Source: Cyanophora paradoxa CCMP329 (lineage: Eukaryota; Plantae; Glaucophyta). Taken from it: a stretch of DNA of 64,000 nt. The position numbers and the translations under genes were made by a program. A model generated the notes under the pieces. That model saw only the letters and a list, made by a program, of their open reading frames with translations. It ran no database searches and had not been told where the DNA came from. Below, one piece after another: positions 27,915-41,942 of the stretch. Each line of letters opens with the position of its first letter. Positions within the stretch are counted from its first letter, which is position 1. The stretch lies in assembly GCA_004431415.1 (NCBI GenBank), contig QPMI01000250.1:1-64000 (forward strand). The letters run 5' to 3'.

Positions 27915-29792
27915 CTACCTGCGAGAATTCTGGGATTCGTACTCGCCAGGTCGTGGGCTCCCCCGTGCTGATCCGAGAAGCCTCGGCGTGAATTCTGATA
28001 GCGCACTTGCAGCTGTACTCGGACCCCACGTCGAAACTTTGGCCGCTGCATCTGTTCGTGTTGAAGCTCGCCGGTACGCTTCAGCAAGACATTTGGCTCT
28101 TTCATCTTCAGCAAGAGCCCTATACTCGTTGCTCAGGTAGAAGATGTCTGACAACCGGGGCTTTCCATCCCTAGAAAAAGCGGTCAAGAGGGTCACGAAA
28201 CAAAAGAAACCCTCGCACCTCGTCAGAAGATCGCGCCATATGATCAAAAAGATCTTCCACTCATCACGCAACAAAGCCGCAAAGTTCTTGAGTGCGAAGG
28301 AGTTTAGTCCTTCGAGTTGTGTTCATGTTTCAAACAAAAAACTGACCGTTTCAGCCCAACCCAAACCTCCAAGTGACGAGGAGCCTGATTTAAGACCCGC
28401 AGCAGCGCCCCCTGCGGCTGCTCGGAATCGCTCCATCTCTCGGGCAGCAATGTCCTCCAAAAACCGAAGCAGCTGGTCATGGCTCTGACGCTCGCAGTAA
28501 GGAATACGAAATACAAGCAAACAAAAATCGCAGATGATATGCTTGCAGACCTTGAAGTTGTTCTGAATCCCACAGAAGTGGCAAGCCTCCAACTCCTCTG
28601 CACATTCTCTGCAGTACTTGCCAGAGGTTCCCAGAGGCTCCTGCGCACATATCAGGATAGACTGACAGAACAAATATCGTCTCAAAATCAAGAAATCACT
28701 CACTTTGCAGTACAGGCACTTCCCACGTGTCTTCTTGTTAACGTAATCTGCACCGCCGTTGGTACAATCTCGGTTCGAGGGTTGTGCGTCGGCAAAACGT
28801 ACAGGTCTCGAAGATGAGGCACGCCGGGCATGTCGGGGTTTCGTACTTTTTGGGGACCACCCGAGGTTGCTTGAGGCGCGTTCGGAATAAGAGAGAGCAA
28901 CAAAGGAAAAGAAGCGGCACGGCGCACCGTGGAGCCACGCAGCACACATGAGCATACAAATGAAGTCGATCGGAAGAGGCCGCCAAGCCATTCGCGCGGG
29001 CTCTCCAGCAATGAGGGCGGCGGTGGCCGGATCGGCCGTGTGTTGTGAGGGGCGGCGGAGTTCTGACGGAGGAACGCGGCGGAGCTGCCTGCTGATACGG
29101 TTGCAGCGTGGAACTGCGTGCCGAAAGCACCCCGTTCGCACAGAGGTCGAGGAGAGTGCGCGTAGCTAGAGAGAAAGAGAGCACCTGCGAGTTGCGAGCG
29201 CTGGAGGAGCCCGGCGCCGCATACTCGGAATCAGGGAAGAAGCGCGGCGTTGAATTCCCGGAATCGATTCCTGGTAGAATGGGAAACCGAGCGCCCCGTG
29301 CAGTCGAACCGCCCTGCGAGGCCGCAGCGGACGCCTCCGCCATGGGCCCAGAGGCAGCCGCTGAAGGTTCTGCCAACATTGCAGTCCCGATCTCGTGCTC
29401 GTCATGTTCATCCAACTGGTCGTCGCCGTAATCCTCCTCGCCCGGCTCACTGCTGCGCCCGTAGGAGCTGTGGTCGCCGTTCGACGAGCTAACGTTGTTC
29501 GCAGAAAACGACTGCATGTCTCCCGAAGCCGAGTCTACGCGCCGTCGCGGCGACTGCGGCGCGCTTCAGTGCAGCTTCGCTTCGGACCTGCGGCAGGCTT
29601 TCGTACCTTGCTCTTAGCTTGCCGGGGGCTCTTGCGCCTCTGCCGACTCTTGCTGCTATCTACATCCCCACGCGAGATCCTCTCCAGGGGCAGCTTGAAG
29701 GCCGGCCGGGTTCTGCGCAGGAGAGTGATTATTCGCCTAGCACCGCCACATCCAACGGAAACTGCAGCAGCGCACCCTGCCGGATGCTCCAT
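27915..29792 (-). CDS. Hypothetical multi-exon protein with Cys-rich (zinc-finger-like) region; ends approximate
   Basis: Chained minus-strand ORFs with splice-like junctions. CLYCK..YCRECAEELEACHFCG..CKHIICDFC; acidic, low-complexity N-terminal part. Confidence 0.45.
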
Positions 29793-30166
29793 CGGGCTGG
29801 GCCGGCGTTGCTGCGTGCGAGAGTACTATACCCCCATTGGTCTGAAGACGGCTACGCGCGGACGGCCGTCGCGGACGGCGCCGGCGGCACGGATGGCCTC
29901 TAGATCTAGATCTTCGAGAATTCAAGCGAATAAGGGCAGTGATGCGCTTGCGCTCGGTGGCTTGCATCGATTTCAATCTGACTCTTCACTCCCCATGTCA
30001 ACGTCCCCATAAGAGCTCCCACTACCGCGCTAAGGCGCGACCGCCGCCACGATCGCAATCCAGGCAATGGGGGTGCGTGCAGGAGAAAAAAAATGAAATT
30101 AAGCACATAGAATCCAACCTCCGATCGTAAGGCCGCCATACAAATTGGCGACAGCGAAAAACCGTC

Positions 30167-30282
30167 CAGAGTTGCGATTACGATCGGAATCAGAGTTGCG
30201 ATTACGATCGGAATCAGAGTTGCGATTACGATCGGAATCAGAGTTGCGATTACGATCGGAATCAGAGTTGCGATTACAATCG
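30167..30282. repeat. 24-bp minisatellite, ~4.8 copies
   Basis: CAGAGTTGCGATTACGATCGGAAT x4 perfect plus a partial copy. Confidence 0.95.
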
Positions 30283-30567
30283 CTGCTCCCCCCGCCTAGT
30301 CCCGACACGACCGGCTCGCCCTCCCAGCGCCGCCCGATCGCGATCGTAATCGTACTCTTGCAGGAGCATCTTCATCCGCTACGGCACCGGCGTGGACGCG
30401 AAGCGCCTGCTCGGCTCGTAGCCAGCTAGCGCTAGGCTCCGATCCCCTTTTTTCCATCAGGGCACCAGTCCCTTCGGGTTACGCTCTCACCCAAACAGCA
30501 CGGGTACAGTTAAAGCGCTGTAGGTAGGAGGTCCGGCGCGCCCGTAGCTTAGAAAGAGCACATAGAA

Positions 30568-33500
30568 TCAATCAAACGTGGCTGTCCACCCTGGGGAATC
30601 GTCCGGGATGGGGCTGGCAGGCTCGGAGGTTGATGTGGACGCTGAGTCCTTCTTCGTCGGGCTCTGAACTGATTCTGCAATCTCCTCCGGAATAGGCGAG
30701 CTGGAATCATCTGCATGTGTCTCACAGAGCCTGCGGCGAGGGAGGAAGTGAGGGATAGCGGAACCCAAAAAATTCAGACAGGCCGAACTTCCTCAAGCGC
30801 GTAGCAGCTTTTGACTCTGCCGGCTTTTCAGGCTGGAACTCATCGTCGTCGAGACACACGTCGTCCTGCAATGCAAGATGCGGTCAAGTGCTCACCATTA
30901 AGCTGTGTAAGGGATGTGAAGGGCACCTCTATCTCTGCTGCGTCATCAGCAGGTCTTGGAAGAGAGACTCGTGGGGGATCGCTCTTCAGCCCGGAAGGCC
31001 CTGCATGCCTCCCAGAGCTGCTCCTTGACACGTCTACAATTTCTCGTTCCTCCCAGCTGTCGAGCTGCCACAGAGGAAACATTGGCTGGGCTTGCAATCG
31101 ATTACAGAATGACAGAATGTGTACCGCTTCATCCGACTTCCCTGCACCATCATGCCCTCCATCCTTGTTGAAGGCGGACGAGGAGTCGAATGCATCAAAA
31201 TCGTCATCGTCAAGCCTGTTTGCTAGGCTTGAAACCAACGGACGATTCCTCTTGTTAAGGGTGTACACTTACCGCTCCCCCTCCAGTACTGAGTTCCCCA
31301 CATCGAAGTCATTGTTGTCACCCTCATCGAAGAAATAGCGCTGGAAACGCTGCACTCGACCCATTGAGTTATGTTTGAAAGCGACAATAGCAAAACAATT
31401 CTGGACCTGATCCGAGCCGTTCGGTTTAAAATCGGTTATGTTCTGCAGCACCTCCTGCAAGAAACAGTCAGCTCTGGCGCACGTTGACGAGATTCGTGCA
31501 TCACACCATGTCTAATCTGCAAAAAGAGTCAGCATGATGAAATCACAGGCGAGAAAAGTTCTCCCAACTCACTCCGCTCGACCAAACAGTTCATCGTCCT
31601 CACTCTCCTCCCTTGCGGGATTCGCTGGGACTGAACCGCCAAGCTGGCGCGTTTCTGCTTGGAGTGTGGGATTCAGGGTGTTCTCAACATAATCCTTCCA
31701 TTCAGGAGCTGACGGAGGGAATCAGCCTTGAAAGAAAGGGGTTTGCACGACTCGGGAGCGGACCATCAAGGATAACCTGTACCGCAGGGTCGCTCTGGCC
31801 AAGTTTAACCAGGGCCGAGGAAATCCGTGTTACAAAGCCCATGTAGCCCAAACGAGAACCCCGTGGCCGCTCGCTGCCAGGAATAAGAAGAAGAGCACAT
31901 GCTCACAAATGGCGGACCATGCATCTTCATTTTCTTTTGCGCCAGAGAGGATACGATCAACGAGCTTGGCGTCCGTAATAACCTACTTGCATTCAGCAGC
32001 GCAAAAAGAGCATGTGCACAAGACCCATACCGCCATTCGAAGGGCCACATCTTCACTCTCGAGTGCGGCAACGATCAGCCGCTCCACTTGAGCATGCAGG
32101 AAGTTGTTCCACTTGAACTCGAAGAAGAGATCCTGAGACTACTAAGCACACAGAAAGCGAAAGATTCAAGAAGATCAAAACTCACGAGAACGGCAGGAAA
32201 CACATGTGCAGACACCACAGATGTATAGACAGCAGGATACTTGGTCGCGAGCAGACTGACAATGAACTCCACTACTCGCAGCCGGGTGGATCCGAGAGGG
32301 GGCGTAAGGGTTCCGAAAGTCGTGAGCATGCTCTCCGTCGGCTGGACTTGTGATGAGCAATGTGAACCTCGAGAGAGCAGGATAATTCGTACCGGAGGTT
32401 TTCTCAGAATCTGAATAATATCGTCCACCCGTGCAAGCACAAAGGATACTGCAGGCGGTGGAGGATCTACCGCTGGCGGGGAATCCAGCTGCACGAGAAT
32501 ACGTGAGCCACCGACGTCAAAGGAGGAAAGAAACCGAGATTTCTGACTTTCTGGCCAAGCAGAGAGTGGCCCGCTTTGCTCCTGTCCAGCAGCTCACAAA
32601 GAACGGAAAGGCCCCCGAGGAGGGAAGAAGGGGACTGAAGAAAGCGTGATCAGATGAAAAAAGGAAACCATTCAGTCAACTTGCGTACGCCAGAAAAGAC
32701 GTTCGTCACGAGCTTCTCCACAACTTCCTCCGAGAGAAGCTGCTCGACCAGAGCAGTAGAGGATCCTGGTTGACACTGCCGCTGTATGATGCCGACGAGG
32801 GTTTCTGCGAACTTATTAGCATTTAACTGGACCCACACTTGCCGCATTGACGCACCTGCTGCATTCCCGTGCACCTGCAGAGGAGCAGCGTCAGCTTCGT
32901 TTGCACGCATGGCAGAACAAAAATTCTCACATCAGAATCATAGGTTGGCCCAAGCTTGTCAACCAGCATGGGAATGAGGCCAGACTCAAGAAACCACTGC
33001 TGCAAAATCAGCATGGTGCTCAGAGGGCAAGGTCAAATAACGAACCTGAACGCTGTCTTTTGCGGGTTGTTGAAGAGCACCCATACCATCATCGCCACCG
33101 ATCATCTTGAGCAGCAGCTGGGTCACTGAATAAGTGCCCGTGTGCTCAACCAAGCGAGCGATCATCCCCGGCTTGTTTTGAGCGCGATTCATGGTCTGCG
33201 CGAACTTTAACGGGCGCGAAGAGTCACAGACCACTCAGTGCACCTCTTGGCCCTTCCGCTGAAGTAGACAGGAGAGGACGCGGCAGAAGTAGCCCGCCAA
33301 AAGCGGATTGAGCGCCGGGGGTCGGTCAAGGAAAGAAAAGAGTTTCGAGATGAGCGCTTCTTGTTCGAAAATGACGTCGTACACCGGAGTGATCTCACAG
33401 CACAGGATCTCGCACGAGAGGAAGGGATACCTGTACCACACGTTCGTTCCCGTGCAGCAAAATAGGAGCAGCACTTACTTGAACTTTCTTTCTACACCCG

Positions 33501-34008
33501 CATCTTCCTCTGGCTCGTCTGTGATGAGGTCCAGAAGTTCCTGCACTACGTTGGCTTGCGCGAGGCTACGCCGCGGTCAAGGCAACGCGCGGGGGGGCTG
33601 AGGCGCGAAACAAAGTGCAGCCCAGAAGGATACAAGGCGACCAGCCTCTTGTTCATCGACTTGCACTCCTGGAGGCGGCAGCAAGGCAAGCTGTTGGGCT
33701 CTCGCGCCGTCGAGCGCAAGGCGCCTGACCAGGGATCGCACCTGAATGAGCTCGTCGTCTTCCATCAAGTCTTTGAGCGTAAATTCTTTGCGGTCGAGCA
33801 CCGCATCGATTGAGCTCTGGGATGCAAATCCTGATGCCGGACACCGAGCCCGGTGAGCTCGACTGCAGCTACATTGGAAGAACAAACACGCGCACCGATA
33901 CGCCTGCGATGCCGGGCAAGCAAACACCACGCCGGCGTTTGAACGGGCAGCCACGCATGAGCGGAACTGGCAAGCGGGTGGGCCGGGGACGGGCACTCAC
34001 CAGTACAT
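30568..34008 (-). CDS. SIT4/PP6 phosphatase-associated (SAPS domain) protein, multi-exon
   Basis: IDAVLDRKEFTLKDLMEDDELIQECK, KYPFLSCEILCCEI, LNPLLAGYFCRVL, PPLGSTRLRVVEFI, FEWNNFLH, GYMGFVTRIS. Confidence 0.88.
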
Positions 34009-34259
34009 GTTGAAGCCTAGCGAGCCCCTCCGTCGCGCCGACGCACGCCGCGGGTATCCGAGATGGCCAGTGGAACCAAGGCGGGCTCAGCTCCCGGAGT
34101 CCGCGGCTCAGCTGCAAGTCAGTGGAGAGGCCGCGATGCGCCCCCAGCTGCAATCGCCGCTGCCCGCGCGGGGTCCCCAGGTCCTTGGCACTCCTTGCGC
34201 GGGAGGGGTACTCGTTTTGAGTAGGGGAGAGCGTTTCTCCCCACCATCATCGCCGAACC

Positions 34260-35131
34260 ATGCTTCTGGATAAAGGCATTTTCCTCATCTTGTGCGCCGA
34301 ATGCCTAGCCATTCTGGTCGTAGTGCTGCCGATGCCACGTACGCGCACCTCCGTCCCACGTACTCGAATGCCTCCACTTCATATTCTCCTCTCACGGCTC
34401 TCTTGCGTTCGTAGACGTCGTGCGGCGCTGGGTCGCACGCAAGCTCTCCGCCGTTGCAGTGTACAAGACGCCTTTCATCGTGTCGTTCCTTTTGTTCGGG
34501 CTCCTCTTCGTGGACGCAATCAGGGAGATGGTGCACGTCTCTCAACGCAAGGAAGCGCACGTTGACAACGGCCACGGCCACGCGCACACTTCCGACCTCA
34601 ACGCGCGCCTCTTCCGCGCTCAGCGCAACGCGTATCTTCTCGGATTCACTCTCCTGGGTCAGCTATTGCTCCTCCGGCTTACACAGATCCTCCGGGAACT
34701 GTGCCTCGCCGAGGACAACAGCGCGGTGCTGGTACGACCTGCCGGCTTGTTCCGCCGGGCCGAGCGCGGTCTGAGCGTGTCGCGTCAAAATGCAGAAATC
34801 GCAAGCAGAAGGCACGCGCAAGGCCTACGAGAGCATCCTGGACGAGAAGAATGCCCTGTGCGTCAAGAACTTTCCCCAGCACCTCCACAACACTAACGTC
34901 CAGAGCAGGGAGCAGAAGTTCAAAACCCTATTCACCGAGGATGGGAGCGTGGATGACCAAAAACTCAACAAAATTCTTGCTGCCGAGGTGAAAAACACTG
35001 CGCTGGAGAAGAAACTGGAGGCAGCGGAGCAGCAGCTGGCGCAGACGAAGCAGGACAACGAACGCTTAAAGAACAAGCTAGACGATTTCGAAACGCTCAT
35101 GGGGACAGGGAAGTCAACCAAGGGTGAATGA
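34260..35131 (+). CDS. BCAP31: BAP29/BAP31 family ER membrane protein
   Basis: Three TM segments, LLFVDAIREM, ARLFRAQRNAYLLGFTL, KSQAEGTRKAYE, coiled-coil tail. Confidence 0.87.
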
Positions 35132-35548
35132 TCGCAGTTCGCACAGTGTAGATTGTCACAGCAAACGTAGCCACTCAGAGTGACTGTAAATTAAGTATAA
35201 CGCGTTAACGGCTATATCAGCGACATATTGAAAGGTGCAGCGGCAACCTAGCCAAAGGCCTTCTATAGCTAGATCTCCGGATCCCTTAAGCGCTGGCCAG
35301 TGCGCGGCAACAGCTGGCCAGCGCACCCCAATTGCAAGGCCCATAATCCCTAGCCTGCACGGTTAGTTTTGCACGGTTAGCTTACCCCGCTTGGCTGTTG
35401 CTGAAGTGCAGTCATCTAGAACACCTAAAACCAGGGCGACCTGCTCTGCCCCAGCCCAAAGACCCTGTCCCCTGCTTCGCCACCAACCCGCCCCAACAGA
35501 CTAAGAGGACCTCCTACTGCATCGATTCAGCATAAAGCAGGCCGACTA

Positions 35549-37876
35549 CTACTCGCATGCAATCTTGTTGTCAAAGCTGGAGAGCGCAATCTATACGCAA
35601 ACACAGTCAGCGGAAGAGGCACCCAATCCCGGCCGAACGCACCAAGAATGCCTGTATCGGGCTGAGAGGGTACTGATAGTCCATTGTAAACGTATCCTTC
35701 CCCGTCTTCCCGAACTGGAGGACAATGTAGTCCGCTGCCAATACATCAGTTACCAGATCAACCAGCGGGAATCTCGAGCGCACGGTTCTGTTCATCTATG
35801 AGCTGGAAGTTTTTCACACTTGGCTTCGTTACACGGCCACCAAAGTTCAGACAGTACGCGCCAATCTCTGCAAATCATAATCAGAAAAGTACAAGCAGAG
35901 CACAATGTGCAGTACGCACTTGGATTCCAGTTCGGAGACTTGTTTCGCATGACCAGGTACTCCCTGGTATCTCGCTGTTGCTTAAACTTCTCAATGAGGC
36001 TGTCCTCCGCTCGTGCAGGGCGCCTGGATACAGGTGAGCTCACCAGCACAACCGCGACAAGGGCTCTTCTCACATGATAATCCGGTTGCCGTCATCATCA
36101 ATCTCCGGGATAACGACAGTCATCTTGCGGGGTCCACGGGTTCCAAGTACATTGTAAGCCTGCAACTGATCAAATTGGAGTTTCCCTAAGAGTCAAAGGA
36201 TCGAACTCACGTAGAGAATGGTGACTAGCTCCTGCCGAATGTTTGGCAGGTTCTCTGGACTGCCAGGATTGCTGAGCTTGCTGGGGTTCACGCCCCTGTC
36301 ATAACCCACGAATTCGGTACCAATGAAGTTCGCCCTGCATACTGATAAGAAACGTGTTTGCAAGGACAATCAGAATGCAGTCCACCTCAGCTTCCCGAAG
36401 TAGTTCCCAGACTCCCTTTTCAGGTCTTCGCCATCGAGCGAGAGCAGGTAGTTCGAAGACCGCTTCTTTTTCCGTTTCCGGGCACTGAGCAGGAACTTCT
36501 CCCCCTGCTCGAGATACAAAGTGTACTTCGGGCTTCCTTTGTTGAGTCCCGAGGTGTGGCGCACGATCTGGCACTGCACAACTCCCGGGTAGCTAGAAGG
36601 CCTGCGCAAGAAATCAACGGCAGTTCACAGGCTTTTTTCAATGCTCCCCAGCGCACTGTGTCAGGAAGGCCCGGACATCCGAGACATCGATTGCTGGCAT
36701 TGGCGAGGGCAGAGCTGGTGCGGGCGCGGCAGCCGCCGTAGGTGCTGGCGCAGGAGCCGGCGCGGGTGCAGGAGCGGGCGCGGGGGCTCGAGGTGCAGGG
36801 GCCGCTGCTGGACTCGGTGCTGCAACAGCCATTTGCTGTGCTGGGACCTGTTGAGCTGCTGGTGCCGGGGGCAGCATCTGCGATGAAGCCCGCGGAGATG
36901 CGGGAGGTTGAGCCGTAGGCTCGGCTTCCTGCCTGACACGGGCGGGGGGTGGGGCAGATTCGGCTCCAGTCGGGTCGAACACGGACGTGAGACCTGGCAT
37001 GCCATCAGAAAGGAGGAACACAGGCTTCCCGAAGGCAGACCTTGATCCTGCAGAGCGCGCTCAAGGGCTGAAAGCTCTTTCCGGGGGGCTGGCCCAGGCT
37101 TGGCGCCAGCCTAGCGGGCATTAGATTGCTTGAGACAATCCCGCCGACTGGCGGCGCACTTTCGGCTCGCTTGAGAGCAACGATTTCGGAGCGCTGATGT
37201 CGTCGAGGTTGTACGAGGCTGTGCGCTTGTACGCCTCCGCAGGCTGGCCCGAGGACTCGGAGAGAGACGAGGACTGGTTCGCCAGCACATCTCCGCCAAG
37301 CACGTCGCCAGAACCTGCCGGACGTGGCCGGGCAGATGTGGGCCGGGCAGATGCGGTCATGGGCCTTTCTGTGGATGTGATCATGCCGACACCCGACGTG
37401 TTTCTACGCTGCATCATCCGCTTGCGGTCGAGCTCGCGTTGCCTGATCGCACAACCAAAGAGTTAGATTAGCGCGCAGCTGCAAACTTGAAGACTCTTCA
37501 CCTGTTGAGCCTGCAAGGGAGGAGCAGGGAGGGCAGCGGTTAGCATGCGGCGATGTTGAGTTTGCAAGGTACGGATAACCTTTGCTGCATGAGTGCGGGG
37601 TCTAGGTTCATACGGCTCCCTCCTACGTGGGCGGCGCTGTGAGCTTGCAGGCTTTGAGCGCTGCGGCGCAGGAGAAGCGCTCAGACCTGCAGTCTGGGGG
37701 CGCTCATCAATAGGCTCATCCGTGATGTTGACGCGGTCCACCAATCCCGCGCCCATCTCGCCCTCCGAGTCCGAATCCGCAAAGGACATCGCCCTGCGAT
37801 CCAGCCTCGCCCGCGAGCCAGACGCTGAGGGCGGCGGCTTCTGCTCGTCGGCAAAGGTGTCCGACGAGAGGAACAT
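35549..37876 (-). CDS. TUB: Tubby-like protein (no F-box seen), multi-exon; start approximate
   Basis: [80 protein letters not shown]. Confidence 0.9.
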
Positions 37877-38166
37877 CGTGAAGACAACGACGTGGTCTCC
37901 AACAGCAAGCAGGAGGGGGGGTGACTTTAGGGGTACCGTGTGGCCAAAGCTGAGGAACAGCAGGCGAGCTTCTCGCTAGCAACCGAACAACTCTCACAGA
38001 AGGATGCGTCCCCCGCGCGGTGAGTCCTATCTCGCTCCAGCCTCTCATCCCCGCTCTCGCCCGCTTTCTCTGACCGGCTAATCGCCACATCCCGCAGGCG
38101 GCGGATTCAGGGGTGGGCGAGGTGCAGCGTTTCATTTAGCTCCGTCATCGCGCGAAAAACCTTCTT

Positions 38167-39482
38167 ATGCGTCCCGATCACACAGGCGGGGGCGATCGCG
38201 GGGGTCGCGGTGGCGGCCGGGGCGGCGGTCGCGGCGGCGGCCGTGGCGGTGCGTCTAATCAAGGTTGCCTTCTTTCGCACGCTCGCTCAACTTCGGCTCG
38301 ACAGGTGGTCGCGGTGGTCCTGGTGGTCGCGGCGGCGGCCGTGGGGGTGGCCGTGGCGGGCGTGGTGGCAAGCCCGGGCTTGGCATGAAGGGGGGCGCGA
38401 AGGTGCGATTCTCGTGTTGCGCGTACGTTGGCTCGCCCCCCCTCCCCGTTCGAGCCGGCCGCCCAGGTTGTTGTCGAGCCCCATCGCCACGAGGGCGTGT
38501 TCATCGCTCGTGGGAAGGAGGACGCACTTGTTACGAAGAACATCACGACCGGCGAGTCTGTCTACGGCGAGAAGCGTGTCAGCGTCGATGTGCGCCCATC
38601 TGCGATGTCGTTTTTTCTCCATCTCACGGTTTCGGCAGCAAGAGGATGGCACCAAAGTCGAGTACCGTGTGTGGAATCCGTTCCGCTCGAAGATCGCTGC
38701 TGCGATCCTTGGCGGTGTTGACAACATCTGGATCAAGCCCGGCTCCAAGGTCCTGTACCTTGGCGCCGCCTCGGGCACAACCGTCTCCCATGTCGCCGAT
38801 ATCGTCGGGCCGGTTCGCGAGTCTCTCTCAGACAGAAATGCTCTCTAGCTAAGGCTCTAGCCTGTCTCTTACACAATGCTGCAGACCGGCATTGTCTACG
38901 CGGTCGAGTTCTCTCACCGCTCTGGCCGCGATCTCGTGAATATGGCCAAGAAGCGGACGAACGTGATCCCCATTATCGAGGACGCTCGCCGTCCCGAGAA
39001 GTACCGGTGCGCTCATCTTATTCAAGGCATTCTTTGCTGGATTCAACGTTCTGCAGGATGCTGGTTGGTATGGTCGACACGGTCTTCGCTGACGTTGCCC
39101 AGCCCGACCAAGCTCGCATCGTCGCACACAATGGCAAGTACTTCTTGAAGAACGGCGGGCATTTCGTTATCTCCATCAAGGTACGCTGTGCTATCCCCCT
39201 GTTCTTGGAGCCCCACTAAGCTGCCGCCTTTTGCCTCCTCTGCAGGCGAACTGCATTGACTCCACAGTCGAGGCCCCCGTCGTCTTCGCGCGCGAGGTCA
39301 AGAAACTGCAGCAGGAGGGCTTCAAGCCGGCAGAGCAGATCACACTAGAACCGTACGAGCGTGACCATGCCGTGGCAAGTCAAATCTATCTCCCATTGCA
39401 CCCCCTCAGCCCCTTGATTCCTTTTCCCTTCGTGCAGGTCGTTGGTGCATATCGTGCGGTGAAGGACAAGAAGGAAAAGTAG
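38167..39482 (+). CDS. FBL: Fibrillarin, rRNA 2'-O-methyltransferase
   Basis: RGG/GAR N-terminus, [52 protein letters not shown]. Confidence 0.96.
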
Positions 39483-39904
39483 TAGAGAGGCTTAGCTCTG
39501 TTAGTTTAGAGGCGTAGTTCTGTAAATAGCTTCATCTGCAGCATTTGGACACCAACTAAATCGCAAAGTCCGGGCTAAAAGTACTAGTGTACATGTGGCT
39601 GGCCTGCGCAGCTGAGGCCTGAGCTAAAAGGGGGGTGATCGTGATGCCGTGATGCGATCACGGCGAGCTAGTGCTCGTGACCAAGCTCGAGCTAGCTAGC
39701 GCTATAGTGCCAGAGTGTGCACGTACGCGCGCGTGCACCCGTGCGCGTGCACCCGTGCGCGTGCGCATGCACGGGCCTCAAGCTCCAGCTGTAGATCAGG
39801 CCCATCAGGCCCCGATGATCAGGGGCAGTCAGGGGTACAGCAGCACACTGTGACAGCAGTGGCCTCCCGTGCAGCTGCAGTCTGCCCCCAGTGCCTTTAT
39901 GGAC

Positions 39905-41392
39905 ATGGTTCGTCCGTCGCATGCGCTCCGCGCGCATGCGCTCGCTAACGCGGGGCGCCGCAGAACGCTGCAAAGCTAACAAAGCCGCAAAGGTGACAGC
40001 GCTGGTAGACCTGCGCGGCCGTTTCTGATGGGCGCGCAGGGACAAGATTCGCAGCTTCATCGACTTCGCGGCGGTGCGCGCGCCTCGGGCTCCCCCGCGG
40101 CAGAGCGCTCATTCCCGGCTCCTTCGCGGCTCATTCGCGGCCGCAGTGCAGCGAGAAAACAGCTATCGAAGCACTGAAGAGGCATGAATGGAGCCTGGAA
40201 GTAAGCTCTCTCTGCGCTTCTGGTCTGTGGCATCTACGCGTGAGCCAATGCGGCGTGCAGGGCGCGATCAACAGCTACTTCAACGAGGCGCCGGTGATGA
40301 GAGTCCAACCCGTAGACAAACGGAAATGCGCGCCGAACATGCCTTCGTCTCGTAGCGCGCATTCACACTCCTCGCAGTGGAGGACCTGTACGCGAGATAC
40401 AAAGGTGCACCGCGCCCTCGTCTGCGCGCTCGGTTCGGTGCATGACATAGCCCTGCAGACGCCGACGAGGATAAGATTGGTGTCGAGGTCGCCCCCCGTC
40501 TTCAACTTGGCTCTGCTACGGCCGATGCGCTGACAATGTGCAGGGGGTTGAGAAGCTTTGCACGGACCTCGGCGTTGATCCGACCGGTATGGGCCCTTAA
40601 GTACAGACTGCAGCAGTCTTGACGTGGACGCAGACATCATCATGCTCATTTTCGCGTACAAGGTCAAGGCTGCGACCATGTGCGAGTTCAGTAGGCAGGA
40701 ATTCATCAATGGTCTTGGCAGCCTCGGGTGCATGAAACTGGATGGCAGCCGTTGATTGGATGTCCGCGCTTGCTCACAAGAGCACACAGCTGTGACAGCA
40801 TCGACAAGATAAAGGAGAAGTTTTCGCGGTGGAAGGCAGAGCTCGATGACGAGACACGATTCGCGGACTTCTACAACTATGCCTTCAATTTCTCGAAAGA
40901 ACCAACCCAAAAAAGCCTTGGTTCGCCCCTAAAAGCCTGTTGAAGCCTCGTCTTGACCTGTCAGTCAGCACTCGACACTGCGATCGCTGTCTGGCAGCTT
41001 GTCCTAAAGGATCGGTTCAAGTTCCTTGATGATGTGCGTGCTGTGATGCCCTGCTAAATTTCACCTTGCTGATGATGGTTCCTTGGCGATCAGTGGGTCC
41101 AGTTTCTGCAGGTGTTTTCCTTTCATGTAGCTGCAATTAGGTTCTTTCTCATCACTCGCTGAACGCAGGAGAAGCACAGCAAGTCGATATCAAGGGATAG
41201 CTGGCAGCTTCTCCTCCAATTCGCTGTGCAGATGAATGCCGACCCAGACCTCTCGAACTTCGACTCTGATGGTGCGCGTGTTCCGCTAGTGACTTTTTCG
41301 ATCATTCGAACAAGAGATCAGGTGCATGGCCGGTTCTTATTGACGAATTCGCGAGCTGGTTCCGAGAGAAGAAAGGTTCGCGAGGCGGGTGA
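39905..41392 (+). CDS. DCN1: DCN1-like cullin neddylation protein (UBA-like + PONY); first coding exon is ATG only
   Basis: Spliced QRDKIRSFIDFAACSEKTAIEALKRHEWSLE, ATMCEFSRQEFING, FYNYAFNFSKEPTQKSL, ISRDSWQLLLQF, GAWPVLIDEF. Confidence 0.9.
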
Positions 41393-41942
41393 GGGAGTAC
41401 TAGCAGATTTCCCAGATGCCTTCGCTGTCTTTGAAAAGTGACCAGTAATTGCTTTTTCTACGCTACGGGCGCGCGGCCGGGGATCGCGCTTGAACGAAAC
41501 GACTTGGCCCATGCCTGTAAGGGGGAAAAGTGGGGTGGCGGCCTTCCTATAGACCCGCACGCCGTGTTGGTTCCTTCTTCGAGGTTCACCTTGCACTCGG
41601 GGGAGCGCCGTGCGCATGCGGGATGCTGTAGTAGCACTCCGGGCAGCGCTGTGCGCATGCGGCGTGCTTGTTGCAACTTCCGCATTTGGACACAAATTGA
41701 ATCGGAACGCTCGGGCTGCAAGTGCGCAAGTGCTCGGAGTGTCTTCGATTCGAGGTTGACCTTGCACTCTGCCGCGACAGCCGTCTGCACGCGGCAGCTC
41801 GGGTACCTGCTGGCAGCGCAAACAGCTCCGCTCGTCCGACGGTCGAACAGTGCCGCACGTCAGAGCGCGAGAGCTAGGCCAAAGCGACAAGGGCGACAGT
41901 GCTGCAAGCGCTCATCTACGGTACGCTGCAGTGTTGATCATG

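Noticed and set aside
30167-30282. CRISPR-like array
   Set aside because: Head-to-tail identical units with no spacers and no cas genes; eukaryotic context
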